The notes beneath the pieces were generated by a model, which was given only the letters and a program-made list of their open reading frames with translations, was not told the origin of the DNA and did not search any database. A stretch of 64,000 nucleotides of DNA from a virus (Duplodnaviria; Caudoviricetes). The stretch lies in IMG/VR virus record IMGVR_UViG_3300032236_001631, positions 10,800 to 74,799 of that record. The stretch is one strand, 5' to 3'. Position numbers and translations under genes: made by a program. Shown in pieces: positions 40,830-52,000 of the stretch; position 1 is the first letter of the stretch, and each line of letters begins with the position of its first letter.

Positions 40830-43800
40830 ATGGCTGCTCCGTTCATACCATCTAAACAATCTTTTGATATAATCTTTGGCACTTTTTTTAGTGATATAAT
40901 TGATTATAGTGGAACAGGTCCATTTACATGGCTTGCTGTGGGTTTACCTGATGGATTGAGTATTGATATTGATAGTGGGTTAATTACAGGAACTCCTACT
41001 GTAATTGGAAATAGATCAGCTTATATTCTATTAACAAATTCTGAAGGAAATTTTGCTACTGTTGTTAATTTTACAATTAAATCAAATGTTGAAAATTCTT
41101 TAAGTTTTTCAATATCTCCTGAAGTAGGATATTCTAGAGTAACTCATTATCAATTCACAACAAATGTTAATAAGACTCTTTCTGCATATTCCTTAATGTG
41201 GGATTTTGGTGATGGTTCTATAAGCAATATAGAAAATCCTATACACATATATAATTTACCGGGAAATTATAATATAACATTAAATGCTTATGTTTCTTCT
41301 GGTGTAATTAGTCTTTCATCTGTAGTGAATGTTCATCTTCTGATGAATGAATCAATTTATTTTGAGTATGTACCACCTCCAACATTTGCAGGTCATTATA
41401 ATAGATATCCTTTCCGTATTCAATATACATCATCAAAAGAAGGTCCGCATTATATTGATATAGGTGCTCAATTCTCTAGGTCATATGAAAATCAAATTCC
41501 TGAAAATAAATGGTCTTTTCTAAGACCTCAATGGAGATTTTTAGACCTTAATGGAAATCCTATAGATGTAATAATTCCTAGTGAAACATTAATATACTCA
41601 GATGATTTAGGAAAAATAAATCATGATGCAAGGGGATTAGTAGTTGGTGTAACTGGAGTTGCAGAATTTTATTTTGTAGATGATATCTATAATTTTGATT
41701 TATTTTTAGAAGAAAAACCATATACAACAATCATAGCTACACTTCGTACTAGTGGAATAAGGTCTTTCGGAGATAGTTTTAATCTTAGTGATGATCTTCC
41801 AAGTTTTTCTAATAGTTTGGCTACTGTTGCATGTCCTTATTTGTTCATGTACAGAACACCTGATATTTTAAGAATATCTGAAAATGGAATAAGAGAACAT
41901 GTCAATCCAAGATGGCAAGAAGCAGAACAACCTTTAATCGTAGCTGCTGATTATAGTGAACCATATCCAGAGCCTTTTGAATGGGATGATAATAGTAATG
42001 GTGTTAAATTATATGACAGAGAAAAAGCATTTGCTCATTATATTCCTCTTTCTGATTCTATTTCATTATCATTAGGAGCAACTGGAATAAGTGCTAGATT
42101 CACACCAGAACCTACACAATTTCAATGGATAGATGATACTGGTTATAAAACACCGGGTTATTATAAAGGTAGTTTTTTTACTAATACCGTATCATCTTTA
42201 AATGCTATCATTACAGCATCTGCAATGTTTAATCCACCTGCACTATCTGCTCAATATCTTAATCCTGTGCTTTGGATATCTAATCCAGAAGCAGGACTTA
42301 TGGCTACTGCTCAGTACAACTATAGTGCATCATTATCAGCTGCTGTTACTACTCCTAATCTTAATATAGCACAAGTTCATAGTTTTGGAATGCCTATAAT
42401 CAATCAGGTAGATTTTGTAAAAGATCCTATGGCACTTTCTGGTATTCACGGAATTTATAGTATAGCTGCTATGCCCTTCCCTGATTATCATGCATGGGCA
42501 TTAGATTCTGAATTGAACTATCTTTACAGATTAACAACCAATGGAGATATTCTATGTGCTATTGATGTTAATCAGGTTGTATATGATAATCAATTAGGAT
42601 TTCTTTCACCTGATCAGGTTTCTCCTGCTTCTATAGTATTAGATAGTAAACAGAATATATGGATGACTCTCCATGACACTATCTCAACTCTTAAGTTTGA
42701 TAGATGGGGAAATTTCTTATTTGCTACAATACCACTTTCTAGTACTGGATATCTATTTCCTCCTGCTCCTAATATAGCTGGTCCTTGGTATGCTGAGAAT
42801 TCATATTATGATTATGATCAGACTGCTAAGTACGATTGGAATAAACTAAACAATGTCGATCTTAATTTTGTAGAACCTAATTGTGTTGATACAGATTCAA
42901 AGGATAATGCATGGGTAACATATTCTCATTATGCTAGTGGTTATTTAGTAAAATATAACTCTCAAGGTGGAATGATTTATTCGCACACCTATCCAGTATG
43001 TTCATGTCCTCAACAAATTGTTGTAGATAATAAAGATAATATATGGATTGCATTATCTAATAATATATGGGATTCTCAATGTACTCTTGAAAAGAGATCT
43101 TCTACAGGTCAATTATTAAGTTCTGTATTCCCTATAAGAGGTCTAAACTACCTAACTATAGACTCAAATCAAAATCCTTGGTTTACCTTTAGTTATAGTT
43201 GGATAGGATCTATTGATGAAGATACAGGTGATATCTTTACTATCAATCTTTCAGGTTCTAATCAAACAACAAATGCTGCTGATTGGTTAAATCCTAATTA
43301 TGGAAATGATGAAACAGCATTAGAAGGTATTGCCTGTGATCTCAAGGGAAGAGTCTATGTAATTAATTCAATTGAAAATCAAGTTTATGTAATTGATGCA
43401 GTTAATAGAAAATTCCTAAACAAATTCTATATCAATCCACAAGGATTTACATTCTATTTAGAAGATCAATCAAGTCCAACTGTGATGTCTGCATCTCTTT
43501 GGAATAAATCTCTACAGGCATCAGGAGATTGGTCAGGTCTTAAATGGGTTAATAAATATGGTAATATTAGTTTACCATTCTATAAAGGAGATACATTTAC
43601 TGTTCAAATAACTGGTCAATCTAAATATTTAAATTTCATCAAGCATGAAGATTATGATATTTTTAAGAAAAATGAAGATTTTGATATGGCAGGTCAAATG
43701 CAATCATTAGCGTTTATGCCAGCACTTAATGAAAGTACTAATTTATTTGAAAATTTCTTAGGTTCTATTTATGGAAAATATCCATTTGCTCATGATGATT

Positions 43801-44420
43801 TGGGCGTAGCAACCTATGAAAAAATTGCAAACTATGTATCAAATCATTCCGACATAGATTATTGTAATATCAATCAACTTTATGATATGGCACAGGAAAT
43901 AGGAATGGATTCTGAAGATTTTAGGTTAAACTTTCCTCCTAATATTCAAAGATTAGTTGATTATGCAAGTGTAAATCAATCTAGACTATTTGGTTCACGT
44001 TCATTAAGTCAGGATGCATTTATCAATATCAATAATCAAAGTATTAGTAATAAAGGAAGTTTAATAAATTCATTAACATATACTATAACAGCTGGAAAAC
44101 CAGTTATATTAAAAGATAAAACTTTAAACAAATATAGAATAATACCTACAGGAGAGATATACGGAAATTATACCTATTCTCTTTACGACCTTAGTGTATT
44201 CATAGGATTAGAAAATAACTGGCAACAATACTATGAATTTTATGAATTTGTACCTAGTTATGATATGAAACAAGTGGCTGGTCTCATTGATTGGGATAAT
44301 CCACAAACAACAATTAATGAAAATCTTTCAACAGCAAACTATTGGTTTGGTGAGGAAGGATTCATTGATTCTGAATTCTCTTATGAGTTATATAAGGGAC
44401 TAGGATTAATACAAAACTAG
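40830..44420 (+). CDS. baseplate/tail virion protein with Ig-like, PKD and beta-propeller regions
   Basis: GLPDGLSID..SGLITGTP (putative Ig); WDFGDG..NPIHIY..PGNY (PKD); repeated DSKxNxW. Confidence 0.75.
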   Translation: MAAPFIPSKQSFDIIFGTFFSDIIDYSGTGPFTWLAVGLPDGLSIDIDSGLITGTPTVIGNRSAYILLTNSEGNFATVVNFTIKSNVENSLSFSISPEVGYSRVTHYQFTTNVNKTLSAYSLMWDFGDGSISNIENPIHIYNLPGNYNITLNAYVSSGVISLSSVVNVHLLMNESIYFEYVPPPTFAGHYNRYPFRIQYTSSKEGPHYIDIGAQFSRSYENQIPENKWSFLRPQWRFLDLNGNPIDVIIPSETLIYSDDLGKINHDARGLVVGVTGVAEFYFVDDIYNFDLFLEEKPYTTIIATLRTSGIRSFGDSFNLSDDLPSFSNSLATVACPYLFMYRTPDILRISENGIREHVNPRWQEAEQPLIVAADYSEPYPEPFEWDDNSNGVKLYDREKAFAHYIPLSDSISLSLGATGISARFTPEPTQFQWIDDTGYKTPGYYKGSFFTNTVSSLNAIITASAMFNPPALSAQYLNPVLWISNPEAGLMATAQYNYSASLSAAVTTPNLNIAQVHSFGMPIINQVDFVKDPMALSGIHGIYSIAAMPFPDYHAWALDSELNYLYRLTTNGDILCAIDVNQVVYDNQLGFLSPDQVSPASIVLDSKQNIWMTLHDTISTLKFDRWGNFLFATIPLSSTGYLFPPAPNIAGPWYAENSYYDYDQTAKYDWNKLNNVDLNFVEPNCVDTDSKDNAWVTYSHYASGYLVKYNSQGGMIYSHTYPVCSCPQQIVVDNKDNIWIALSNNIWDSQCTLEKRSSTGQLLSSVFPIRGLNYLTIDSNQNPWFTFSYSWIGSIDEDTGDIFTINLSGSNQTTNAADWLNPNYGNDETALEGIACDLKGRVYVINSIENQVYVIDAVNRKFLNKFYINPQGFTFYLEDQSSPTVMSASLWNKSLQASGDWSGLKWVNKYGNISLPFYKGDTFTVQITGQSKYLNFIKHEDYDIFKKNEDFDMAGQMQSLAFMPALNESTNLFENFLGSIYGKYPFAHDDLGVATYEKIANYVSNHSDIDYCNINQLYDMAQEIGMDSEDFRLNFPPNIQRLVDYASVNQSRLFGSRSLSQDAFININNQSISNKGSLINSLTYTITAGKPVILKDKTLNKYRIIPTGEIYGNYTYSLYDLSVFIGLENNWQQYYEFYEFVPSYDMKQVAGLIDWDNPQTTINENLSTANYWFGEEGFIDSEFSYELYKGLGLIQN

Positions 44421-44881
44421 TTTTTTACCAAAGAAAGAAGGTAATTTGCTTTATTTAATCTGGTTATAATATCATCAACAGTATTATGTATACCTGTTTT
44501 TGCTTGGGTTAGGAAATTGTTAAATTCCAAAGAAGTTAAAAGCTCTATGAGAATATTATAAACCTTATAATAGGTTTCTAGTATATTACTATTCTCATCT
44601 CTATATTGCAATATATAGTCTAAATCTAATATAACAGAGTTAATTCTAGGAAGTGTTATATTATTCTGTCTACAAACTCCTATTATTTCTTCTTGAATCT
44701 TATCAAATAATCCATCAAGATCTTCATAGAGATTACCAAGTATTTTATGGGCATCATAATTTAAGACATACCAATGAACCATATGAATGATAGATTCTGC
44801 CTTTAATAAAAGAATTCCAAACTCTCTAGTTGAATCTAGAGAGTTTTCTACTGGTTGAGGAGCTATTACTTGTATTTCCAT
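44417..44881 (-). CDS. ferritin/Dps-like four-helix protein (DUF5856-like)
   Basis: HMVHW..YDAHKILGNLYEDLDGLFDKIQEE..IG; NKANYLLSL. Confidence 0.7.
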   Translation of the reverse strand: MEIQVIAPQPVENSLDSTREFGILLLKAESIIHMVHWYVLNYDAHKILGNLYEDLDGLFDKIQEEIIGVCRQNNITLPRINSVILDLDYILQYRDENSNILETYYKVYNILIELLTSLEFNNFLTQAKTGIHNTVDDIITRLNKANYLLSLVKN

Positions 44882-44882
44882 A

Positions 44883-45368
44883 TTATATTTTTTTGTATAT
44901 TTGAGTTCTTATCATAAACTCACCTGCAAAATTATCACCACTTGTTATTAATTTATAATTATCTAAATTTTGATCTATTTTATGCTTATAAAAGGTTTCT
45001 TCTTGATTTTCTTCTGAATGTATTTTTATTTTTGCTTTAGAGGATGATAATCCTAATTTATCTGATGTTAATTCGACTTTGTAACCAGCTTCCTCCATCT
45101 CTTTAGCTAAAGATTGAACAAGATCTTCTGCATTTCGAAAAAATAATCTCCAAAAAGGTATTGGGAATAAAATATTCAATGCATTAGCCCTCTCAGAACA
45201 TACTTTACATGGCTTATTCTTGCCTGTAATGATTTTTGTTAACCATCCTATGGCTTTACTATGCAAAATGGATGCAATTGCATCTCCTAATCCACGAGAA
45301 TATCGTAATTTTAGACTAGGATCATTATTATTTTCCAAATGCGTTATTGAATTGTTGCTCTGATTCAT
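44883..45368 (-). CDS. hypothetical protein with CxxC
   Basis: GLGDAIA...PCKVCSERANALN. Confidence 0.7.
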   Translation of the reverse strand: MNQSNNSITHLENNNDPSLKLRYSRGLGDAIASILHSKAIGWLTKIITGKNKPCKVCSERANALNILFPIPFWRLFFRNAEDLVQSLAKEMEEAGYKVELTSDKLGLSSSKAKIKIHSEENQEETFYKHKIDQNLDNYKLITSGDNFAGEFMIRTQIYKKI

Positions 45369-45771
45369 GTCTTGGTATTAAATTGGCGTAATTTCTATAA
45401 TAATTAACTCTTTTAGTGTATTTGTCTACTGCACTTATTATACAATCTGACATATCCATAAATTCATCATCTTGTAATCGGTCATTATCTTGTACGATTC
45501 TTTTTAATTGCTTTATTATTTTAAGTATTTGAACATTAATAGGATATTCCTTGCCTATATACTCAAATAACTGTCTTTCTAATTCTATTTCTTCTATGGG
45601 ATATCCTATATTTATAGAAATCATTCTACCATTATCATAGTCTCCTTCCCATCTCCACAGAGTAATATCAGATTGTTCCTCTGGTATATCTTTCTTTAAG
45701 ATATTTGAATTTTCTGGAATATCAGGACTATATCCTATAAATTGTTTTTCTGTATTAAAAAGTGCAAACAT
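45328..45771 (-). CDS. hypothetical protein (possible fibre assembly chaperone)
   Basis: Follows the fibre-tip gene; WEGDYDNG. Confidence 0.6.
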   Translation of the reverse strand: MFALFNTEKQFIGYSPDIPENSNILKKDIPEEQSDITLWRWEGDYDNGRMISINIGYPIEEIELERQLFEYIGKEYPINVQILKIIKQLKRIVQDNDRLQDDEFMDMSDCIISAVDKYTKRVNYYRNYANLIPRHESEQQFNNAFGK

Positions 45772-45777
45772 ACTTCA

Positions 45778-47322
45778 TTATAGCACAAATAATCCTCTAA
45801 TGTCACCGTTAATAGACACAGGATTAGAATTTGTTGTTGTAATTGAGTTTATGAAATTATATCCTTTAATAGCTGCACCTGCCTTACCACCAAGAGGAGG
45901 TAATTGAGTTCCTTTAGCGTCTTTAACTCCTGTGTTAATACCATCAGATCCTAAAGTTCCGCCAGTTCCACCATTTACATAACCGCTTCCACCATTTCCG
46001 GGTGTATTAAATGTACCAGAAATACCATCAGTTCCAGCACTATCAGTCCAAAGATATTTTATTTTTGGGTTGAGAGGTTTTACGTTTTTAAATCCACCAG
46101 AACCAGCAGCACCACCAGCATAACCAGCACCTCCTCCACCTCCACCTCCACCTTGAAGTTTTTCCCCTTTCTTTCCCTTTAAAGTAATATAACTAGTATT
46201 ATTATATGTGGCAATTCCTCCAGCACCTCCACCACCTCCACCAGCTATAACTCCGTTATTAACTATTTTAGTAGGGAATGTTAATAAAATTGCATCTCCA
46301 CCATTTGAACCATTATTAGAATTTGATAAAGGAATACCGAGAGATTCACCATCACCACCGAGACCTCCATAACCATATATATTTCCATTATTTTTTATGG
46401 TTATAGTATCTCCTACGGTAAATCCAGAAACAACCAGTGCAGCACCACCATTTACATTACTTCCAACATTAACACCTCTATTAATAGTTAATATTACATC
46501 AGTATAACCAGCATAATAAAGACCACTATGAACTGTTTGATAGAATAAATCAAAGTTTGTTGTGTCATTAACTAAAGTTAGTTCTATAGTAGATCTACCA
46601 TTTTCTGTTGAAGGTCTGGTTGATATTCTAGGAGGTATACCTTTAACAAAAATGGGTTGTTTTGTTACTTCTGTACTACCTACATCTAAACTATCATATA
46701 TCCAATTGCCATTGTTATCATTATAAAATTTAAATATTTTTCCATTTCCTAAATGAATATCTTGTTTTATGTATTCAGCATACATATGCCTAGTCATAAA
46801 TGAAAATTCAGGACTAGTATTAAAGGTTATTAAATCATTTGGATCATTAGGATTTACAGGAACATTATAAAGGAAAAATATAACATTTACATTTGTATTT
46901 TTTGTATAACCTGTTGCGGGATAATTTTTATTTAAATATGTTTTAGCTAAAGAAATTAATTTTTGATCTAATTGATTAACTGTTGGACAACTTATTGCAA
47001 GATTATTAAGAAGTGATATATTAAGAGGATAATGAACAGAAAATTCATGTTTATCCCAATAGGCACTAAGCAAGTTTACTGTTGCTGTAACAAGATTATA
47101 TCTGCTTGGGTCTAAAAACAAATTAGTAGCTTGTATAAAGATAGGATAATTTTTTATAAAATCACTGAATATTGTATAAAAATTATTTTTTGATATAAAA
47201 AATTCACTAGATAGATTGCAAATATATGTGTCCAAAGACATTAAATTATAATTGTGTTTTCCAGAAGAATCTCCTACACAATCTTCTTTATAAATTTCTT
47301 GAGTTAATTTTCTATTGCTCAT
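45778..47322 (-). CDS. tail fibre / adhesin with Gly-rich C-terminal tip
   Basis: NNGNIYGYGGLGG, NNGVIAGGGGGG, GGKAGAAI gp38-like glycine-rich motifs. Confidence 0.75.
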   Translation of the reverse strand: MSNRKLTQEIYKEDCVGDSSGKHNYNLMSLDTYICNLSSEFFISKNNFYTIFSDFIKNYPIFIQATNLFLDPSRYNLVTATVNLLSAYWDKHEFSVHYPLNISLLNNLAISCPTVNQLDQKLISLAKTYLNKNYPATGYTKNTNVNVIFFLYNVPVNPNDPNDLITFNTSPEFSFMTRHMYAEYIKQDIHLGNGKIFKFYNDNNGNWIYDSLDVGSTEVTKQPIFVKGIPPRISTRPSTENGRSTIELTLVNDTTNFDLFYQTVHSGLYYAGYTDVILTINRGVNVGSNVNGGAALVVSGFTVGDTITIKNNGNIYGYGGLGGDGESLGIPLSNSNNGSNGGDAILLTFPTKIVNNGVIAGGGGGGAGGIATYNNTSYITLKGKKGEKLQGGGGGGGGAGYAGGAAGSGGFKNVKPLNPKIKYLWTDSAGTDGISGTFNTPGNGGSGYVNGGTGGTLGSDGINTGVKDAKGTQLPPLGGKAGAAIKGYNFINSITTTNSNPVSINGDIRGLFVL

Positions 47323-47323
47323 T

Positions 47324-48334
47324 TTATGTTATATATTTTTTGTCAAATACCCACTTACAGTTTTTAACTTTAAAAACAACTGCTGTTATAGTATCTAATT
47401 CATTTCTGTCTTGAAATGTCATTTCTATATTTGCCGTTATACCACCATAAGAATTTTTGTTACTTGGTGTAGGTGTACTAGGAACAAGTGTTCTTGTTGT
47501 CCATTTTACAACTCTTTGAACAACTTTCTTTATATATTTAAATAATATCCCTTTTTTATTTAAAATAGGATTATTTACAACTGTTGGTATAGTAGAATAA
47601 TGATCTTCTGTTTTCCAAGTATATGTTATGGGAGGGACATAAAGATTATAAGGAGGAGTTTTATAATAACAACTCAATGTTTGACATTTTTGACATGAAA
47701 ATGCTTGTCCCCCACAGTTGAAATTTCCATTACTACAATAAACATATCCATAATACCTATCAGTACAATATGAACAAATAGTTTTATCAGCAGTAGTGCA
47801 TAATGTGTAATCTAATATAAATTGATTTTCTGAAATACTTGTACCATATTGCCATGTATGTGCATATATAATAGCCATTTGGTTTTCTACATAGTTAGTT
47901 TTTGTTGGTGGTATTTCTATTGTATTTCCAGTAGTATCATCAATAACATATTTAGTAGGATTAATAACTGGAAAATAAGATTCCACCCAAGATGATATAG
48001 TTTCTACTATAGAATTAGTTGGATAATTAGAAGGAAATAATGATGGATAAAATATAGTAATAGGTTTTATCCAACCAGAAGAATTACTTTCTACAGTTGT
48101 AGCAGTGCTGATTAATAAAGAAGAATTTCTCTGAACAATACTAGTTGTATCTTTTAAAAATTTATTAAAGGTAAGATAATACTCCAACATAGGAGTCCAT
48201 AATTTATCAGCACTTGTTTTTACTGTAAAGGTATCTAACTCTAAGTTATAATAGTTAATATTAACAGAAGATAATGAGTTTCCTATAGTATCTTGTGGAT
48301 TTATTGTATAATATACACTCATATAACAGTCCAA
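47324..48334 (-). CDS. virion protein, paralog of its neighbours, with Cys-rich insert
   Basis: TIGNSLSSVNINY N-terminal motif; Cys cluster; FKVKNCKWVF end; start likely MSVYY. Confidence 0.65.
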   Translation of the reverse strand: MDCYMSVYYTINPQDTIGNSLSSVNINYYNLELDTFTVKTSADKLWTPMLEYYLTFNKFLKDTTSIVQRNSSLLISTATTVESNSSGWIKPITIFYPSLFPSNYPTNSIVETISSWVESYFPVINPTKYVIDDTTGNTIEIPPTKTNYVENQMAIIYAHTWQYGTSISENQFILDYTLCTTADKTICSYCTDRYYGYVYCSNGNFNCGGQAFSCQKCQTLSCYYKTPPYNLYVPPITYTWKTEDHYSTIPTVVNNPILNKKGILFKYIKKVVQRVVKWTTRTLVPSTPTPSNKNSYGGITANIEMTFQDRNELDTITAVVFKVKNCKWVFDKKYIT

Positions 48335-49098
48335 CTCCTATTTATATTTTTAAACCTTACATTTACTGTTCTAGCAGTATTTTTATCAGTAGCATTTCTA
48401 TTCAATCCTATATTTAAGGTTTTTGCTCCGCTTCCAGTACAAGATACAGATGCAGGATTATTCGAAGTTCGTGTTATGTTACAACCATCATAAGCATTTG
48501 TACAAGGACCATAACCTGCTTTCCCTCCGTGGTGGTTACATCCTCTATACGGTCTCTCACCACAACCATTACATGAAATAGATAATCCACCTCCTGTAGG
48601 TATGCAAGATTCATAGAATGATCTGTTAAATCTAAATGAAAATGGTTGATTTTGATTTAAATAAACCACAATATCAATTATTTGATTTATATTATAAATC
48701 TTAGAACTAAAGTTATTATTCAACCAAGTTATTAAGATATTATTTTGATTTGTTGTTCCAAGACCATTCCAATAATTTATATCAAGCATTTTGGGATAAT
48801 ACAAAGTATATGATTTATTCCAATTAGAACTAAGTGTTGAAACTGTTGTTGCAGTATCAATCCATGTAGCACTAAAAGATTTAATATTAGTAGCTGTTTT
48901 TATCCATTTAGAACTATATGTTGTAAATATGGTATATAAGTTAAACCATGTAGAATAATATCTGCTTACATCAGTAATAGCCGAAGAAAGCGAATATATA
49001 TTGTAATTTATAGTATCTAATGTATTAGCCAAGCAAAGATTCTCATCTATCAAATAGATATTTGAACATGTTGGTGTTGTTTTTTTGAAAGTTGTCAT
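48319..49098 (-). CDS. virion protein, paralog of its neighbours, with Cys-rich insert
   Basis: CLANTLDTINYN N-terminal motif; Cys cluster; FKNINRSWTVI end. Confidence 0.65.
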   Translation of the reverse strand: MTTFKKTTPTCSNIYLIDENLCLANTLDTINYNIYSLSSAITDVSRYYSTWFNLYTIFTTYSSKWIKTATNIKSFSATWIDTATTVSTLSSNWNKSYTLYYPKMLDINYWNGLGTTNQNNILITWLNNNFSSKIYNINQIIDIVVYLNQNQPFSFRFNRSFYESCIPTGGGLSISCNGCGERPYRGCNHHGGKAGYGPCTNAYDGCNITRTSNNPASVSCTGSGAKTLNIGLNRNATDKNTARTVNVRFKNINRSWTVI

Positions 49099-49099
49099 T

Positions 49100-52000
49100 T
49101 TACATCCATTTTATCTTATAAAGAGAAGATTCAGCAGGTATAATCTTAGATATACTTGATTTTAAAGATTCCTCTAAAATTTTCTTTATATTTTCATCTA
49201 TATTTAGGTTGTGTATATTAATATTAAAGTACTTGCTTTTACTACCGGGCATTTGCATCTTATACCAATGTTCAATTTCTTCAATAAAATTTCTACTACC
49301 AACTCTCATATTCCAATTAAGATCCTTACGAGAATCCGTAAAATCTGAAGAGAAATATATCTGTTCTATTTCTCCATTTGTAAGAGATTTAGAATACATT
49401 TTAAGATCTGAAACATTACCTATGAATTTATAACTATCATCTATTCCTATAATATCGTTCAAAGTTGTATTTTTAACAGTAGCTGCACCAAGTAATAATG
49501 AAGATCTGTAATCATAGTACAATTGATATTTAAAAGGAGTAAATGATACACTATCTACTGGTATAGAATCTATGTAGTATTTTGCATTTCCTTTTAATGA
49601 ATCAAAAACAAATGAGAAATGATGCCATCCTTTAGGTAGTGAACTTACAGCATAGTTAAGTGATAATAGCTTAGAATTTTTACCATTAGGTTCTGATATT
49701 TTAAACTTCCAAGAAAGTCTTTTTACATTTCCTCCAAATTTTCTAAGATATTGATATCCTGTAAAATCTCCCTTTGCATAAAAATTTAATAAAATTTTTG
49801 GATTTGATAGTAAGCCTCTTATATCAAGTTTAGATAAAAAATTTCCTGTTTGATCTAATACATAAATTTCATTATCTCTTACATCAACAATAATTAAATT
49901 ATCTTGATATACTACGCTCTTATCACATGTTTCTGTATTTCCTTTTGGTACTTTAACAAAATCTATATAACGAAATCTTTCTTGTGATTTACAAGGATTT
50001 AATTCTGCTGACGAATTTCTACCTATTCTAAATGAGAATTCGAACAATCCTGTAATTGTGTTTAACTTTGAAATTGTATCTTGATTATGTGATATCCAAA
50101 TATTATTTTTAGAATCACATGTCAATTGTTGTGTTGGACCTATATTTGCAAATACTTGTCTGTTCTTATATAAATTACCACCGACAACTTCCCATATGTT
50201 ATTATAGTTATCAATTACAGATGCATTTCCGTATATACCAATCACATCATTAGTTTGATTATCTATTTCTATTCTATTAAAACCAGAAGTCAATGAGAAA
50301 TAATTTTGTTCAATAAAATTGCCATTACCATCTGTTTTTATATATGATTTAATTGTATTATCATAGAAATAAAAATTTTGATATGCATCAATTTCTATTT
50401 GATCTATTCCACTGAGTTTTGTATTTAAACTAGAAAGACCTCCTATAATATTATTAATTGCATTGTATTTAACTCCTGTTTTATTTTTTGAATCAAATAC
50501 CCAATAACTATAATCAGGTAGTCTTTGTATAAAAGTATATTCAGAATTTTTATTAGCAGGAAGAGGTATCTCAGAAAGTTTTGTAAATTTATAATTTATA
50601 TTATATGCTACTGCTGATCCTACATTGGTTATAGTTAATATAGGAGCACTTAAAGCACCTTCATTAACTAACCCAAAACCACTATCGTAATAATTTCCAA
50701 ATACTTGATCTCCATATATATTAGACCAATCATTCACATTAATCCACATGGAAACAGTAAGTCTGGACTTTTGTAAAAGTGAAGATTTTGATGGAAATAC
50801 TGCATGATTTGTTCCATCCAATTTCCAATAATTACCATTTAAATTTTCAGAAATATTAAAGAAGGTTAATCCGTTATTATGATATTTAGAATCATCTACT
50901 AAAACAGCAGAAGACCAATTAGTTATACTCAATAATTTTGCACCATTTGGTAAATTTTTATCTTGATCCAGATAAGATAAAAATTGTTTACTGCTTTCCT
51001 GACCTGTTCTATTGTATTTGTAAAGAACACCAGGTTCTAGAATAATTGTAGAAGGAACATCATATGTAAATGGTTTATCAGCATATAAAGCAGGATTATA
51101 AACAACTGCTTTTGCAGTTAATGCTTGATCTAAAGTATAGTAAGCAGCATTATAGTATCTATCTAGCCAAATTTTATGACCTAAATTAGAACCAGATAAC
51201 CAAGAACAAAGCCAAACATTGTCATATTTAGTTATACTTTTTGGTTGTGGTTGACCGGGAATTGTTTCTTCATAATTTTTTCTATAAATATAAATACGAT
51301 CAGAAGTAAATGGCAATTCACCTGCTGTAGCACCATCTTCTATAAGTCCAGAATTTTGAAGTGTAACTCTTTTACAAGTAGATGGATAATAAAAAGGAGT
51401 TTCTTGATTTACTTTGAAATTATATTCTTTTGTATCTGCACTATATCCCAGATAAACTTTATCATAACCATTAAGTTGATTAGTTCCTGTGTATATCTTA
51501 TTATATAATCTTCTTATTGAGGAAGATATGCCTGTTAAGGGATTTGCTGTTGTGTATTTATATTCAGGAGTTTGATAATTTTTCAAACCATGTACTTGTA
51601 AATCATAAACACAATCCACATCGGTTATGTTGGGATTTTCTACAGGGAAAAGACCAAGATAATTTTGTGACAATAAATTATTATTAGAAAAATTATAATC
51701 AACATCCAAAATATTTTCATAGATTATTGGATTTGTTTTATATTTTACCATAAAACTGTCAGAAACATCATTTTCAAAATCTATTAAATTTTTCTTATAA
51801 GAAATAAAATTAAAAATTGCATCATTAGGTAAAATGTTATTATTTGTTAAATTTACAGAACTTAATACATATATATTATCTGTATTTCTTATTACTATAT
51901 TTGTATAATTTGTATTAGATTTAAATAAAATAATAGATGATTCTCCTAAAAAGTAATCAAAAAGTTGTGTTTGTGTAGGTGGATATATTTGAGATTTAAA

